From NCBI GenBank assembly GCA_964057225.1, contig CAXKVF010000076.1, positions 558,001-622,000 on the forward strand: a stretch of 64,000 bases of DNA, given 5' to 3'. Position numbers and translations under genes: made by a program. Origin of the DNA: Auanema rhodensis (Eukaryota > Animalia > Nematoda). Of this stretch, positions 40,481 through 56,300 are shown piece after piece. Within the stretch, counting starts at the first letter, position 1; every line of letters begins with the position of its first letter. Under the pieces are notes generated by a model. That model worked only from the letters and a program-made list of their open reading frames with translations. It did no database searches and was not told where the DNA came from.

Positions 40481-43400
40481 CCAATATCAATAAAAATCTG
40501 TTTTTAGACTAATATGGACATGGGGAATCTAATTTTGAAAACCGCATCTCTTTATCTTTCACGTGAAGCGAGTTACATACCAAGTGCACATCACGTGTAC
40601 ATTTAATTAGCATAAATTAAAGTTCACGTAAATTTCAAAGTCATGGTTACCATGCACCAATATCAATAAAAATTTGTTTTTAGACTAATATGGACATGGG
40701 GAATCTAATTTTGAAAACCGCATCTCTTTATCTTTCACGTGAAGCGAGTTACATATCAAGTGCACATCACGTGAACATTTAATTAGCATAAATTAAAGTT
40801 CACGTAAATTTCAAAGTCATGGTTAACATTAACCAATATCAATAAAAATTTGTTTTTAGACTAATATGGACATGGGGAATCTAATTTTGAAAACCGCATC
40901 TCTTTATCTTTCACGTGAAGCGAGTTACATACCAAGTGCACATCACGTGTACATTTAATTAGCATAAATTAAAGTTCACGTAAATTTCAAAGTCATGGTT
41001 ACCATGCACCAATATCAATAAAAATTTGTTTTTAGACTAATATGGAAATGGGGAATCTAATTTTGAGAACCGCATCTCTTTATCTTTCACGTGAAGCGAG
41101 TTACATACCAAGTGCACATCACGTGTACATTTAATTAGCATAAATTAAAGTTCACGTAAATTTCAAAGTCATGGTTACCATGAACCAATATCAATAAAAA
41201 TTTGTTTTTAGACTAATATGGACATGGGGAATCTAATTTTGAAAACCGCATCTCTTTATCTTTCACGTGAAGCGAGTTACATACCAAGTGCACATCACGT
41301 GTACATTTAATTAGCATAAATTAAAGTTCACGTAAATTTCAAAGTCATGGTTACCATGCACCAATATCAATAAAAATTTGTTTTTAGACTAATATGGACA
41401 TGGGGAATCTAATTTTGAAAACCGCATCTCTTTATCTTCCACGTGAAGCGAGTTACATACCAAGTGCACATCACGTGTACATTTAATTAGCATAAATTAA
41501 AGTTCACGTAAATTTCAAAGTCATGGTTACCATGAACCAATATCAATAAAAATTTGTTTTTAGACTAATATGGACATGGGGAATCTAATTTTGAAAACCG
41601 CATCTCTTTATCTTCCACGTGAAGCGAGTTACATACCAAGTGCACATCACGTGTACATTTAATTAGCATAAATTAAAGTTCACGTAAATTTCAAAGTCAT
41701 GGTTACCATGAACCAATATCAATAAAAATTTGTTTTTAGACTAATATGGACATGGGGAATCTAATTTTGAAAACCGCATCACTTTATCTTTCACGTGAAG
41801 CGAGTTACATACCAAGTGCACATCACGTGTACATTTAATTAGCATAAATTAAAGTTCACGTAAATTTCAAAGTCATGGTTACCATGCACCAATATCAATA
41901 AAAATTTGTTTTTAGACTAATATGGACATGGGGAATCTAATTTTGAAAACCGCATCTCTTTATATTTCACGTGAAGCGAGTTACATACCAAGTGCACATC
42001 ACGTGTACATTTAATTAGCATAAATTAAAGTTCACGTAAATTTCAAAGTCATGGTTACCATGAACCAATATCAATAAAAATTTGTTTTTAGACTAATATG
42101 GACATGGGGAATCTAATTTTGAAAACCGCATCTCTTTATCTTTCACGTGAAGCGAGTTACATACCAAGTGCACATCACGTGTACATTTAATTAGCATAAA
42201 TTAAAGTTCACGTAAATGTCAAAGTCATGGTTACCATTAACCAATATCAATAAAAATTTGTTTTTAGACTAATATGGACATGGGGAATCTAATTTTGAAA
42301 ACCGCATCTCTTTATCTTTCACGTGAAGCGAGTTACATACCAAGTGCACATCACGTGTACATTTAATTAGCATAAATTAAAGTTCACGTAAATTTCAAAG
42401 TCATGGTTACCATGCACCAATATCAATAAAAATTTGTTTTTAGACTAATATGGACATGGGGAATCTAATTTTGAAAACCGCATCTCTTTATCTTTCACGT
42501 GAAGCGAGTTACATACCAAGTGCACATCACGTGTACATTTAATTAGCATAAATTAAAGTTCACGTAAATTTCAAAGTCATGGTTACCATGCACCAATATC
42601 AATAAAAATTTGTTTTTAGACTAATATGGACATGGGGAATCTAATTTTGAAAACCGCATCTCTTTATCTTTCACGTGAAGCGAGTTACATATCAAGTGCA
42701 CATCACGTGTACACTTAATTAGCATAAATTAAAGTTCACGTAAATTTCAAAGTCATGGTTACCATTAACCAATATCAATAAAAATTTGTTTTTAGACTAA
42801 TATGGACATGGGGAATCTAATTTTGAAAACCGCATCTCTTTATCTTTCACGTGAAGCGAGTTACATACCAAGTGCACATCACGTGTACATTTAATTAGCA
42901 TAAATTAAAGTTCACGTAAATTTCAAAGTCATGGTTACCATGCACCAATATCAATAAAAATCTGTTTTTAGACTAATATGGACATGGGGAATCTAATTTT
43001 GAAAACCGCATCTCTTTATCTTTCACGTGAAGCGAGTTACATACCAAGTGCACATCACGTGTACATTTAATTAGCATAAATTAAAGTTCACGTAAATTTC
43101 AAAGTCATGGTTACCATGCACCAATATCAATAAAAATTTGTTTTTAGACTAATATGGACATGGGGAATCTAATTTTGAAAACCGCATCTCTTTATCTTTC
43201 ACGTGAAGCGAGTTACATATCAAATGCACATCACGTGAACATTTAATTAGCATAAATTAAAGTTCACGTAAATTTCAAAGTCATGGTTAACATTAACCAA
43301 TATCAATAAAAATTTGTTTTTAGACTAATATGGACATGGGAAATCTAATTTTGAAAACCGCATCTCTTTATCTTTCACGTGAAGCGAGTTACATACCAAG

Positions 43401-45583
43401 TGCACATCACGTGTACATTTAATTAGCATAAATTAAAGTTCACGTAAATTTCAAAGTCATGGTTACCATGCACCAATATCAATAAAAATTTGTTTTTAGA
43501 CTAATATGGAAATGAGAAATCTAATTTTGAAAACCGCATCTCTTTATCTTTCACGTGAAGCGAGTTACATACCAAGTGCACATCACGTGTACATTTAATT
43601 AGCATAAATTAAAGTTCACGTAAATTTCAAAGTCATGGTTACCATGAACCAATATCAATAAAAATTTATTTTAGACTAATATGGACATGGGGAATCTAAT
43701 TTTGAAAACCGCATCTCTTTATCTTTCACGTGAAGCGAGTTACATACCAAGTGCACATCACGTGTACATTTAATTAGCATAAATTAAAGTTCACGTAAAT
43801 TTCAAAGTCATGGTTACCATGCACCAATATCAATAAAAATTTGTTTTTAGACTAATATGGACATGGGGAATCTAATTTTGAAAACCGCATCTCTTTATCT
43901 TCCACGTGAAGCGAGTTACATACCAAGTGCACATCACGTGTACATTTAATTAGCATAAATTAAAGTTCACGTAAATTTCAAAGTCATGGTTACCATGAAC
44001 CAATATCAATAAAAATTTGTTTTTAGACTAATATGGACATGGGGAATCTAATTTTGAAAACCGCATCACTTTATCTTTCACGTGAAGCGAGTTACATACC
44101 AAGTGCACATCACGTGTACATTTAATTAGCATAAATTAAAGTTCACGTAAATTTCAAAGTCATGGTTACCATGCACCAATATCAATAAAAATTTGTTTTT
44201 AGACTAATATGGACATGGGGAATCTAATTTTGAAAACCGCATCTCTTTATATTTCACGTGAAGCGAGTTACATACCAAGTGCACATCACGTGTACATTTA
44301 ATTAGCATAAATTAAAGTTCACGTAAATTTCAAAGTCATGGTTACCATGAACCAATATCAATAAAAATTTGTTTTTAGACTAATATGGACATGGGAAATC
44401 TAATTTTGAAAACCGCATCTCTTTATCTTCCACGTGAAGCGAGTTACATACCAAGTGCACATCACGTGTACATTTAATTAGCATAAATTAAAGTTCACGT
44501 AAATTTCAAAGTCATGGTTACCATGAACCAATATTAATAAAAATTTGTTTTTAGACTAATATGTACATGGGGAATCTAATTTTGAAAACCGCATCTCTTT
44601 ATCTTTCACGTGAAGCGAGTTACATACCAAGTGCACATCACGTGTACATTTAATTAGCATAAATTAAAGTTCACGTAAATTTCAAAGTCATTGTTACCAT
44701 GCACCAATATCAATAAAAATTTGTTTTTAGACTAATATGGACATGGGGAATCTAATTTTGAAAACCGCATCTCTTTATCTTTCACGTGAAGCGAGTTACA
44801 TATCAAGTGCACATCACGTGTACATTTAATTAGCATAAATTAAAGTTCACGTAAATGTCAAAGTCATGGTTACCATTAACCAATATCAATAAAAATTTGT
44901 TTTTAGACTAATATGGACATGGGGAATCTAATTTTGAAAACCGCATCTCTTTATCTTTCACGTGAAGCGAGTTACATACCAAGTGCACATCACGTGTACA
45001 TTTAATTAGCATAAATTAAAGTTCACGTAAATTTCAAAGTCATGGTTACCATGCACCAATATCAATAAAAATTTGTTTTTAGACTAATATGGACATGGGG
45101 AATCTAATTTTGAAAACCGCATCTCTTTATCTTTCACGTGAAGCGAGTTACATACCAAGTGCACATCACGTGTACATTTAATTAGCATAAATTAAAGTTC
45201 ACGTAAATTTCAAAGTCATGGTTACCATGCACCAATATCAATAAAAATTTGTTTTTAGACTAATATGGACATGGGGAATCTAATTTTGAAAACCGCATCT
45301 CTTTATCTTTCACGTGAAGCGAGTTACATATCAAGTGCACATCACGTGTACACTTAATTAGCATAAATTAAAGTTCACGTAAATTTCAAAGTCATGGTTA
45401 CCATTAACCAATATCAATAAAAATTTGTTTTTAGACTAATATGGACATGGGGAATCTAATTTTGAAAACCGCATCTCTTTATCTTTCACGTGAAGCGAGT
45501 TACATACCAAGTGCACATCACGTGTACATTTAATTAGCATAAATTAAAGTTCACGTAAATTTCAAAGTCATGGTTACCATGAA
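40481..45583 (+). repeat. 14/15-monomer imperfect tandem duplication
   Basis: Offset 2464 (14x176): T118A 40774/43238, C39A 41047/43511. Offset 2639 (15x176-1): T154G 42218/44857, T122C 42714/45353. Confidence 0.85.
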
Positions 45584-48575
45584 CCAATATCAATAAAAAT
45601 TTGTTTTTAGACTAATATGGACATGGGGAATCTAATTTTGAAAACCGCATCTCTTTATCTTCCACGTGAAGCGAGTTACATACCAAGTGCACATCACGTG
45701 TACATTTAATTAGCATAAATTAAAGTTCACGTGAATTTCAAAGTCATGGTTACCATGCACCAATATCAATAAAAATTTGTTTTTAGACTAATATGGACAT
45801 GGGGAATCTAATTTTGAAAACCGCATCTCTTTATCTTCCACGTGAAGCGAGTTACATACCAAGTGCACATCACGTGTACATTTAATTAGCATAAATTAAA
45901 GTTCACGTAAATTTCAAAGTCATGGTTACCATGAACCAATATCAATAAAAATTTGTTTTTAGACTAATATGGACATGGGGAATCTAATTTTGAAAACCGC
46001 ATCTCTTTATCTTCCACGTGAAGCGAGTTACATATCAAGTGCACATCACGTGTACATTTAATTAGCATAAATTAAAGTTCACGTAAATTTCAAAGTCATG
46101 GTTACCATGAACCAATATCAATAAAAATTTGTTTTTAGACTAATATGGACATGGGGAATCTAATTTTGAAAACCGCATCTCTTTATCTTTCACGTGAAGC
46201 GAGTTACATACCAAGTGCACATCACGTGTACATTTAATTAGCATAAATTAAAGTTCACGTAAATTTCAAAGTCATGGTTACCATGAACCAATATCAATAA
46301 AAATTTGTTTTTAGACTAATATGGACATGGGGAATCTAATTTTGAAAACCGCATCTCTTTATCTTGCACGTGAAGCGAGTTACATACCAAGTGCACATCA
46401 CGTGTACATTTAATTAGCATAAATTAAAGTTCACGTAAATTTCAAAGTCATGGTTACCATGAACCAATATCAATAAAAATTTGTTTTTAGACTAATATGT
46501 ACATGGGGAATCTAATTTTGAAAACCGCATTTCTTTATCTTTCACGTGAAGCGAGTTACATACCAAGTGCACATCACGTGTACATTTAATTAGCATAAAT
46601 TAAAGTTCACGTAAATTTCAAAGTCATGGTTACCATGCACCAATATCAATAAAAATCTGTTTTTAGACTAATATGGACATGGGGAATCTAAATTTGAAAA
46701 CCGCATCTCTTTATCTTTCACGTGAAGCGAGTTACATACCAAGTGCACATCACGTGTACATTTAATTAGCATAAATTAAAGTTCACGTAAATTTCAAAGT
46801 CATGGTTACCATGCACCAATATCAATAAAAATTTGTTTTTAGACTAATATGGACATGGGGAATCTAATTTTGAAAACCGCATCTCTTTATCTTTCACGTG
46901 AAGCGAGTTACATATCAAGTGCACATCACGTGTACATTTAATTAGCATAAATTAAAGTTCACGTAAATTTCAAAGTCATGGTTACCATTAACCAATATCA
47001 ATAAAAATTTGTTTTTAGACTAATATGGACATGGGGAATCTAATTTTGAAAACCGCATCTCTTTATCTTTCACGTGAAGCGAGTTACATACCAAGTGCAC
47101 ATCACGTGTACATTTAATTAGCATAAATTAAAGTTCACGTAAATTTCAAAGTCATGGTTACCATGCACCAATATCAATAAAAATTTGTTTTTAGACTAAT
47201 ATGGACATGGGGAATCTAATTTTGAAAACCGCATCTCTTTATCTTTCACGTGAAGCGAGTTACATACCAAGTGCACATCACGTGTACATTTAATTAGCAT
47301 AAATTAAAGTTCACGTAAATTTCAAAGTCATGGTTACCATGAACCAATATCAATAAAAATTTGTTTTTAGACTAATATGGACATGGGGAATCTAATTTTG
47401 AAAACCGCATCTCTTTATCTTTCACGTGAAGCGAGTTACATACCAAGTGCACATCACGTGTACATTTAATTAGCATAAATTAAAGTTCACGTAAATTTCA
47501 AAGTCATGGTTACCATGCACCAATATCAATAAAAATTTGTTTTTAGACTAATATGGACATGGGGAATCTAATTTTGAAAACCGCATCTCTTTATCTTCCA
47601 CGTGAAGCGAGTTACATACCAAGTGCACATCACGTGTACATTTAATTAGCATAAATTAAAGTTCACGTAAATTTCAAAGTCATGGTTACCATGAACCAAT
47701 ATCAATAAAAATTTGTTTTTAAACTAATATGGACATGGGGAATCTAATTTTGAAAACCGCATCTCTTTATCTTCCACGTGAAGCGAGTTACATACCAAGT
47801 GCACATCACGTGTACATTTAATTAGCATAAATTAAAGTTCACGTAAATTTCAAAGTCATGGTTACCATGAACCAATATCAATAAAAATTTGTTTTTAGAC
47901 TAATATGGACATGGGGAATCAAATTTTGAAAACCGCATCTCTTTATCTTTCACGTGAAGCGAGTTACATACCAAGTGCACATCACGTGTACATTTAATTA
48001 GCATAAATTAAAGTTCACGTAAATTTCAAAGTCATGGTTACCATGAACCAATATCAATAAAAATTTGTTTTTAGACTAATATGGACATGGGGAATCTAAT
48101 TTTGAAAACCGCATCACTTTATCTTTCACGTGAAGCGAGTTACATACCAAGTGCACATCACGTGTACATTTAATAAGCATAAATTAAAGTTCACGTAAAT
48201 TTCAAAGTCATGGTTACCATGCACCAATATCAATAAAAATTTGTTTTTAGACTAATATGGACATGGGGAATCTAATTTTGAAAACCGCATCTCTTTATAT
48301 TTCACGTGAAGCGAGTTACATACCAAGTGCACATCACGTGTACATTTAATTAGCATAAATTAAAGTTCACGTAAATTTCAAAGTCATGGTTACCATGAAC
48401 CAATATCAATAAAAATTTGTTTTTAGACTAATATGGACATGGGGAATCTAATTTTGAAAACCGCATCTCTTTATCTTTCACGTGAAGCGAGTTACATACC
48501 AAGTGCACATCACGTGTACATTTAATTAGCATAAATTAAAGTTCACGTAAATTTCAAAGTCATGGTTACCATGCA

Positions 48576-51500
48576 CCAATATCAATAAAAATTTGTTTTT
48601 AGACTAATATGGACATGGGGAATCTAATTTTGAAAACCGCATCTCTTTATCTTGCACGTGAAGCGAGTTACATACCAAGTGCACATCACGTGTACATTTA
48701 ATTAGCATAAATTAAAGTTCACGTAAATTTCAAAGTCATGGTTACCATGAACCAATATCAATAAAAATTTGTTTTTAGACTAATATGTACATGGGGAATC
48801 TAATTTTGAAAACCGCATTTCTTTATCTTTCACGTGAAGCGAGTTACATACCAAGTGCACATCACGTGTACATTTAATTAGCATAAATTAAAGTTCACGT
48901 AAATTTCAAAGTCATGGTTACCATGCACCAATATCAATAAAAATTTGTTTTTAGACTAATATGTACATGGGGAATCTAATTTTGAAAACCGCATTTCTTT
49001 ATCTTTCACGTGAAGCGAGTTACATATCAAGTGCACATCACGTGTACATTTAATTAGCATAAATTAAAGTTCACGTAAATTTCAAAGTCATGGTTACCAT
49101 TAACCAATATCAATAAAAATTTGTTTTTAGACTAATATGGACATGGGGAATCTAATTTTGAAAACCGCATCTCTTTATCTTTCACGTGAAGCGAGTTACA
49201 TACCAAGTGCACATCACGTGTACATTTAATTAGCATAAATTAAAGTTCACGTAAATTTCAAAGTCATGGTTACCATGCACCAATATCAATAAAAATTTGT
49301 TTTTAGACTAATATGGACATGGGGAATCTAATTTTGAAAACCGCATCTCTTTATCTTTCACTTGAAGCGAGTTACATACCAAGTGCACATCACGTGCACA
49401 TTTAATTAGCATAAATTAAAGTTCACGTAAATTTCAAAGTCATGGTTACCATGCACCAATATCAATAAAAATTTGTTTTTAGACTAATATGGACATGGGG
49501 AATCTAATGTTGAAAACCGCATCTCTTTATCTTTCACGTGAAGCGAGTTACATACCAAGTGCACATCACGTGTACATTTAATTAGCATAAATTAAAGTTC
49601 ACGTAAATTTCAAAGTCATGGTTACCATGAACCAATATCAATAAAAATTTGTTTTTAGACTAATATGGACATGGGGAATCAAATTTTGAAAACCGCATCT
49701 CTTTATCTTTCACGTGAAGCGAGTTACATACCAAGTGCACATCACGTGTACATTTAATTAGCATAAATTAAAGTTCACGTAAATTTCAAAGTCATGGTTA
49801 CCATGAACCAATATCAATAAAAATTTGTTTTTAGACTAATATGGACATGGGGAATCTAATTTTGAAAACCGCATCACTTTATCTTTCACGTGAAGCGAGT
49901 TACATACCAAGTGCACATCACGTGTACATTTAATTAGCATAAATTAAAGTTCACGTAAATTTCAAAGTCATGGTTACCATGCACCAATATCAATAAAAAT
50001 TTGTTTTTAGACTAATATGGACATGGGGAATCTAATTTTGAAAACCGCATCTCTTTATATTTCACGTGAAGCGAGTTACATACCAAGTGCACATCACGTG
50101 TACATTTAATTAGCATAAATTAAAGTTCACGTAAATTTCAAAGTCATGGATACCATGAACCAATATCAATAAAAATCTGTTTTTAGACTAATATGGACAT
50201 GGGGAATCTAATTTTGAAAACCGCATCTCTTTATCTTTCACGTGAAGCGAGTTACATACCAAGTGCACATCACGTGTACATTTAATTAGCATAAATTAAA
50301 GTTCACGTAAATTTCAAAGTCATGGTTACCATGCACCAATATCAATAAAAATTTGTTTTTAGACTAATATGGACATGGGGAATCTAATTTTGAAAACCGC
50401 ATCTCTTTATCTTGCACGTGAAGCGAGTTACATACCAAGTGCACATCACGTGTACATTTAATTAGCATAAATTAAAGTTCACGTAAATTTCAAAGTCATG
50501 GTTACCATGAACCAATATCAATAAAAATTTGTTTTTAGACTAATATGTACATGGGGAATCTAATTTTGAAAACCGCATTTCTTTATCTTTCACGTGAAGC
50601 GAGTTACATACCAAGTGCACATCACGTGTACATTTAATTAGCATAAATTAAAGTTCACGTAAATTTCAAAGTCATGGTTACCATGCACCAATATCAATAA
50701 AAATCTGTTTTTAGACTAATATGGACATGGGGAATCTAATTTTGAAAACCGCATTTCTTTATCTTTCACGTGAAACGAGTTACATATCAAGTGCACATCA
50801 CGTGTACATTTAATTAGCATAAATTAAAGTTCACGTAAATTTCAAAGTCATGGTTACCATTAACCAATATCAATAAAAATTTGTTTTTAGACTAATATGG
50901 ACATGGGGAATCTAATTTTGAAAACCGCATCTCTTTATCTTTCACGTGAAGCGAGTTACATACCAAGTGCACATCACGTGTACATTTAATTAGCATAAAT
51001 TAAAGTTCACGTAAATTTCAAAGTCATGGTTACCATGCACCAATATCAATAAAAATTTGTTTTTAGACTAATATGGACATGGGGAATCTAATTTTGAAAA
51101 GCGCATCTCTTTATCTTTCACGTGAAGCGAGTTACATACCAAGTGCACATCACGTGCACATTTAATTAGCATAAATTAAAGTTCACCTAAATTTCAAAGT
51201 CATGGTTACCATGCACCAATATCAATAAAAATTTGTTTTTAGACTAATATGGACATGGGGAATCTAATGTTGAAAACCGCATCTCTTTATCTTTCACGTG
51301 AAGCGAGTTACATACCAAGTGCACATCACGTGTACATTTAATTAGCATAAATTAAAGTTCACGTAAATTTCAAAGTCATGGTTACCATGAACCAATATCA
51401 ATAAAAATTTGTTTTTAGACTAATATGTACATGGGGAATCTAATTTTGAAAACCGCATCTCTTTATCTTTCACGTGAAGCGAGTTACATACCAAGTGCAC

Positions 51501-53327
51501 ATCACGTGTACAATTAATTAGCATAAATTAAGGTTCACGTAAATTTCAAAGTCATGATTACCATGAACCAATATCAATAAAAATTTGTTTTTAGACTAAT
51601 ATGGACATGGGGAATCTAATTTTGAAAACCGCATCTCTTTATCTTTCACGTGAAGCGAGTTACATACCAAGTGCACATCACGTGTACATTTAATTAGCAT
51701 AAATTAGAGTTCACGTAAATTTCAAAGTCATGGTTACCATGAACCAATATCAATAAAAATTTGTTTTTAGACTAATATGGACATGGGGAATCTAATTTTG
51801 AAAACCGCATCACTTTATCTTTCACGTGAAGCGAGTTACATACCAAGTGCACATCACGTGTACATTTAATTAGCATAAATTAAAGTTCACGTAAATTTCA
51901 AAGTCATGGTTACCATGAACCAATATCAATAAAAATTTGTTTTTAGACTAATATGGACATGGGGAATCTAATTTTGAAAACCGCATCTCTTTATCTTGCA
52001 CGTGAAGCGAGTTACATACCAAGTGCACATCACGTGTACATTTAATTAGCATAAATTAAAGTTCACGTAAATTTCAAAGTCATGGTTACCATGAACCAAT
52101 ATCAATAAAAATTTGTTTTTAGACTAATATGTACATGGGGAATCTAATTTTGAAAACCGCATTTCTTTATCTTTCACGTGAAGCGAGTTACATACCAAGT
52201 GCACATCACGTGTACATTTAATTAGCATAAATTAAAGTTCACGTAAATTTCAAAGTCATGGTTACCATGCACCAATATCAATAAAAATTTGTTTTTAGAC
52301 TAATATGTACATGGGGAATCTAATTTTGAAAACCGCATTTCTTTATCTTTCACGTGAAGCGAGTTACATACCAAGTGCACATCACGTGTACATTTAATTA
52401 GCATAAATTAAAGTTCACGTAAATTTCAAAGTCATGGTTACCATGCACCAATATCAATAAAAATCTGTTTTTAGACTAATATGGACATGGGGAATCTAAT
52501 TTTGAAAACCGCATCTCTTTATCTTTCACGTGAAACGAGTTACATATCAAGTGCACATCACGTGTACATTTAATTAGCATAAATTAAAGTTCACGTAAAT
52601 TTCAAAGTCATGGTTACCATTAACCAATATCAATAAAAATTTGTTTTTAGACTAATATGGACATGGGGAATCTAATTTTGAAAACCGCATCTCTTTATCT
52701 TTCACGTGAAGCGAGTTACATACCAAGTGCACATCACGTGTACATTTAATTAGCATAAATTAAAGTTCACGTAAATTTCAAAGTCATGGTTACCATGCAC
52801 CAATATCAATAAAAATTTGTTTTTAGACTAATATGGACATGGGGAATCTAATTTTGAAAACCGCATCGCTTTATCTTTCACGTGAAGCGAGTTACATACC
52901 AAGTGCACATCACGTGCACATTTAATTAGCATAAATTAAAGTTCACGTAAATTTCAAAGTCATGGTTACCATGCACCAATATCAATAAAAATTTGTTTTT
53001 AGACTAATATGGACATGGGGAATCTAATGTTGAAAACCGCATCTCTTTATCTTTCACGTGAAGCGAGTTACATACCAAGTTCACATCACGTGTACATTTA
53101 ATTAGCATAAATTAAAGTTCACGTAAATTTCAAAGTCATGGTTACCATGAACCAATATCAATAAAAATTTGTTTTTAGACTAATATGTACATGGGGAATC
53201 TAATTTTGAAAACCGCATCTCTTTATCTTTCACGTGAAGCGAGTTACATACCAAGTGCACATCACGTGTACAATTAATTAGCATAAATTAAAGTTCACGT
53301 AAATTTCAAAGTCATGGTTACCATGAA
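48576..53327 (+). repeat. ~10-monomer-period block (1760 bp), ~3 imperfect copies
   Basis: T118C at 49397, 51157 and 52917; T79G at 48654 and 50414; G88A at 50775 and 52535 (all 1760-bp steps). Confidence 0.8.
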
Positions 53328-56300
53328 CCAATATCAATAAAAATTTGTTTTTAGACTAATATGGACATGGGGAATCTAATTTTGAAAACCGCATTTCTTT
53401 ATCTTTCACGTGAAGCGAGTTACATACCAAGTGCACATCACGTGTACATTTAATTAGCATAAATTAAAGTTCACGTAAATTTCAAAGTCATGGTTACCAT
53501 GAACCAATATTAATAAAAATTTGTTTTTAGACTAATATGGACATGGGGAATCAAATTTTGAAAACCGCATCTCTTTATCTTTCACGTGAAGCGAGTTACA
53601 TACCAAGTGCACATCACGTGTACATTTAATTAGCATAAATTAAAGTTCACGTAAATTTCAAAGTCATGGTTACCATGAACCAATATCAATAAAAATTTGT
53701 TTTTAGACTAATATGGACATGGGGAATCTAATTTTGAAAACCGCATCACTTTATCTTTCACGTGAAGCGAGTTACATACCAAGTGCACATCACGTGTACA
53801 TTTAATTAGCATAAATTAAAGTTCACGTAAATTTCAAAGTCATGGTTACCATGCACCAATATCAATAAAAATTTGTTTTTAGACTAATATGGACATGGGG
53901 AATCTAATGTTGAAAACCGCATCTTTTTATCTTTCACGTGAAGCGAGTTACATACCAAGTGCACATCACGTGTACATTTAATTAGCATAAATTAAAGTTC
54001 ACGTAAATTTCAAAGTCATGGTTACCATGAACCAATATCAATAAAAATTTGTTTTTAGACTAATATGGACATGGGGAATCTAATTTTGAAAACCGCATCT
54101 CTTTATCTTCCACGTGAAGCGAGTTACATACCAAGTGCACATCACGTGTACATTTAATTAGCATAAATTAAAGTTCACGTAAATTTCAAAGTCATGGTTA
54201 CCATGAACCAATATCAATAAAAATTTGTTTTTAGACTAATATGGACATGAAGAATCTAATTTTGAAAACCGCATTTCTTTATCTTCCACGTGAAGCGAGT
54301 TACATACCAAGTGCACATCACGTGTACATTTAATTAGCATAAATTAAAGTTCACGTAAATTTCAAAGTCATGGTTACCATGAACCAATATCAATAAAAAT
54401 TTGTTTTTAGACTAATATGGACATGGGGAATCAAATTTTGAAAACCGCATCTCTTTATCTTTCACGTGAAGCGAGTTACATACCAAGTGCACATCACGTG
54501 TACATTTAATTAGCATAAATTAAAGTTCACGTAAATTTCAAAGTCATGGTTACCATGCACCAATATCAATAAAAATTTGTTTTTAGACTAATATGGACAT
54601 GGGGAATCTAATGTTGAAAACCGCATCTTTTTATCTTTCACGTGAAGCGAGTTACATACCAAGTGCACATCACGTGTACATTTAATTAGCATAAATTAAA
54701 GTTCACGTAAATTTCAAAGTCATGGTTACCATGAACCAATATCAATAAAAATTTGTTTTTAGACTAATATGGACATGGGGAATCTAATTTTGAAAACCGC
54801 ATCTCTTTATCTTCCACGTGAAGCGAGTTACATACCAAGTGCACATCACGTGTACATTTAATTAGCATAAATTAAAGTTCACGTAAATTTCAAAGTCATG
54901 GTTACCATGAACCAATATCAATAAAAATTTGTTTTTAGACTAATATGGACATGAAGAATCTAATTTTGAAAACCGCATTTCTTTATCTTCCACGTGAAGC
55001 GAGTTACATACCAAGTGCACATCACGTGTACATTTAATTAGCATAAATTAAAGTTCACGTAAATTTCAAAGTCATGGTTACCATGAACCAATATCAATAA
55101 AAATTTGTTTTTAGACTAATATGGACATGGGGAATCAAATTTTGAAAACCGCATCTCTTTATCTTTCACGTGAAGCGAGTTACATACCAAGTGCACATCA
55201 CGTGTACATTTAATTAGCATAAATTAAAGTTCACGTAAATTTCAAAGTCATGGTTACCATGAACCAATATCAATAAAAATTTGTTTTTAGACTAATATGT
55301 ACATGGGGAATCTAATTTTGAAAACCGCAGTTCTTTATCTTTCACGTGAAGCGAGTTACATACCAAGCGCACATCACGTGTACATTTAATTAGCATAAAT
55401 TAAAGTTCACGTAAATTTCAAAGTCATGGTTACCATGCACCAATATCTATAAAAATTTGTTTTTAGACTAATATGTACATGGGGAATCTAATTTTGAAAA
55501 CCGCATTTCTTTATCTTTCACGTGAAGCGAGTTACATACCAAGTGCACATCACGTGTACATTTAATTAGCATAAATTAAAGTTCACGTAAATTTCAAAGT
55601 CATGGTTACCATGCACCAATATCAATAAAAATCTGTTTTTAGACTAATATGGACATGGGGAATCTAATTTTGAAAACCGCATCTCTTTATCTTTCACGTG
55701 AAACGAGTTACATATCAAGTGCACATCACGTGTACATTTAATTAGCATAAATTAAAGTTCACGTAAATTTCAAAGTCATGGTTACCATTAACCAATATCA
55801 ATAAAAATTTGTTTTTAGACTAATATGGACATGGGGAATCTAATTTTGAAAACCGCATCTCTTTATCTTTCACGTGAAGCGAGTTACATACCAAGTGCAC
55901 ATCACGTGTACATTTAATTAGCATAAATTAAAGTTCACGTAAATTTCAAAGTCATGGTTACCATGCACCAATATCAATAAAAATTTGTTTTTAGACTAAT
56001 ATGGACATGGGGAATCTAATTTTGAAAACCGCATCTCTTTATCTTTCACGTGAAGCGAGTTACATACCAAGTGCACATCACGTGCACATTTAATTAGCAT
56101 AAATTAAAGTTCACGTAAATTTCAAAGTCATGGTTACCATGCACCAATATCAATAAAAATTTGTTTTTAGACTAATATGGACATGGGAAATCTAATGTTG
56201 AAAACCGCATCTCTTTATCTTTCACGTGAAGCGAGTTACATACCAAGTGCACATCACGTGTACATTTAATTAGCATAAATTAAAGTTCACGTAAATTTCA

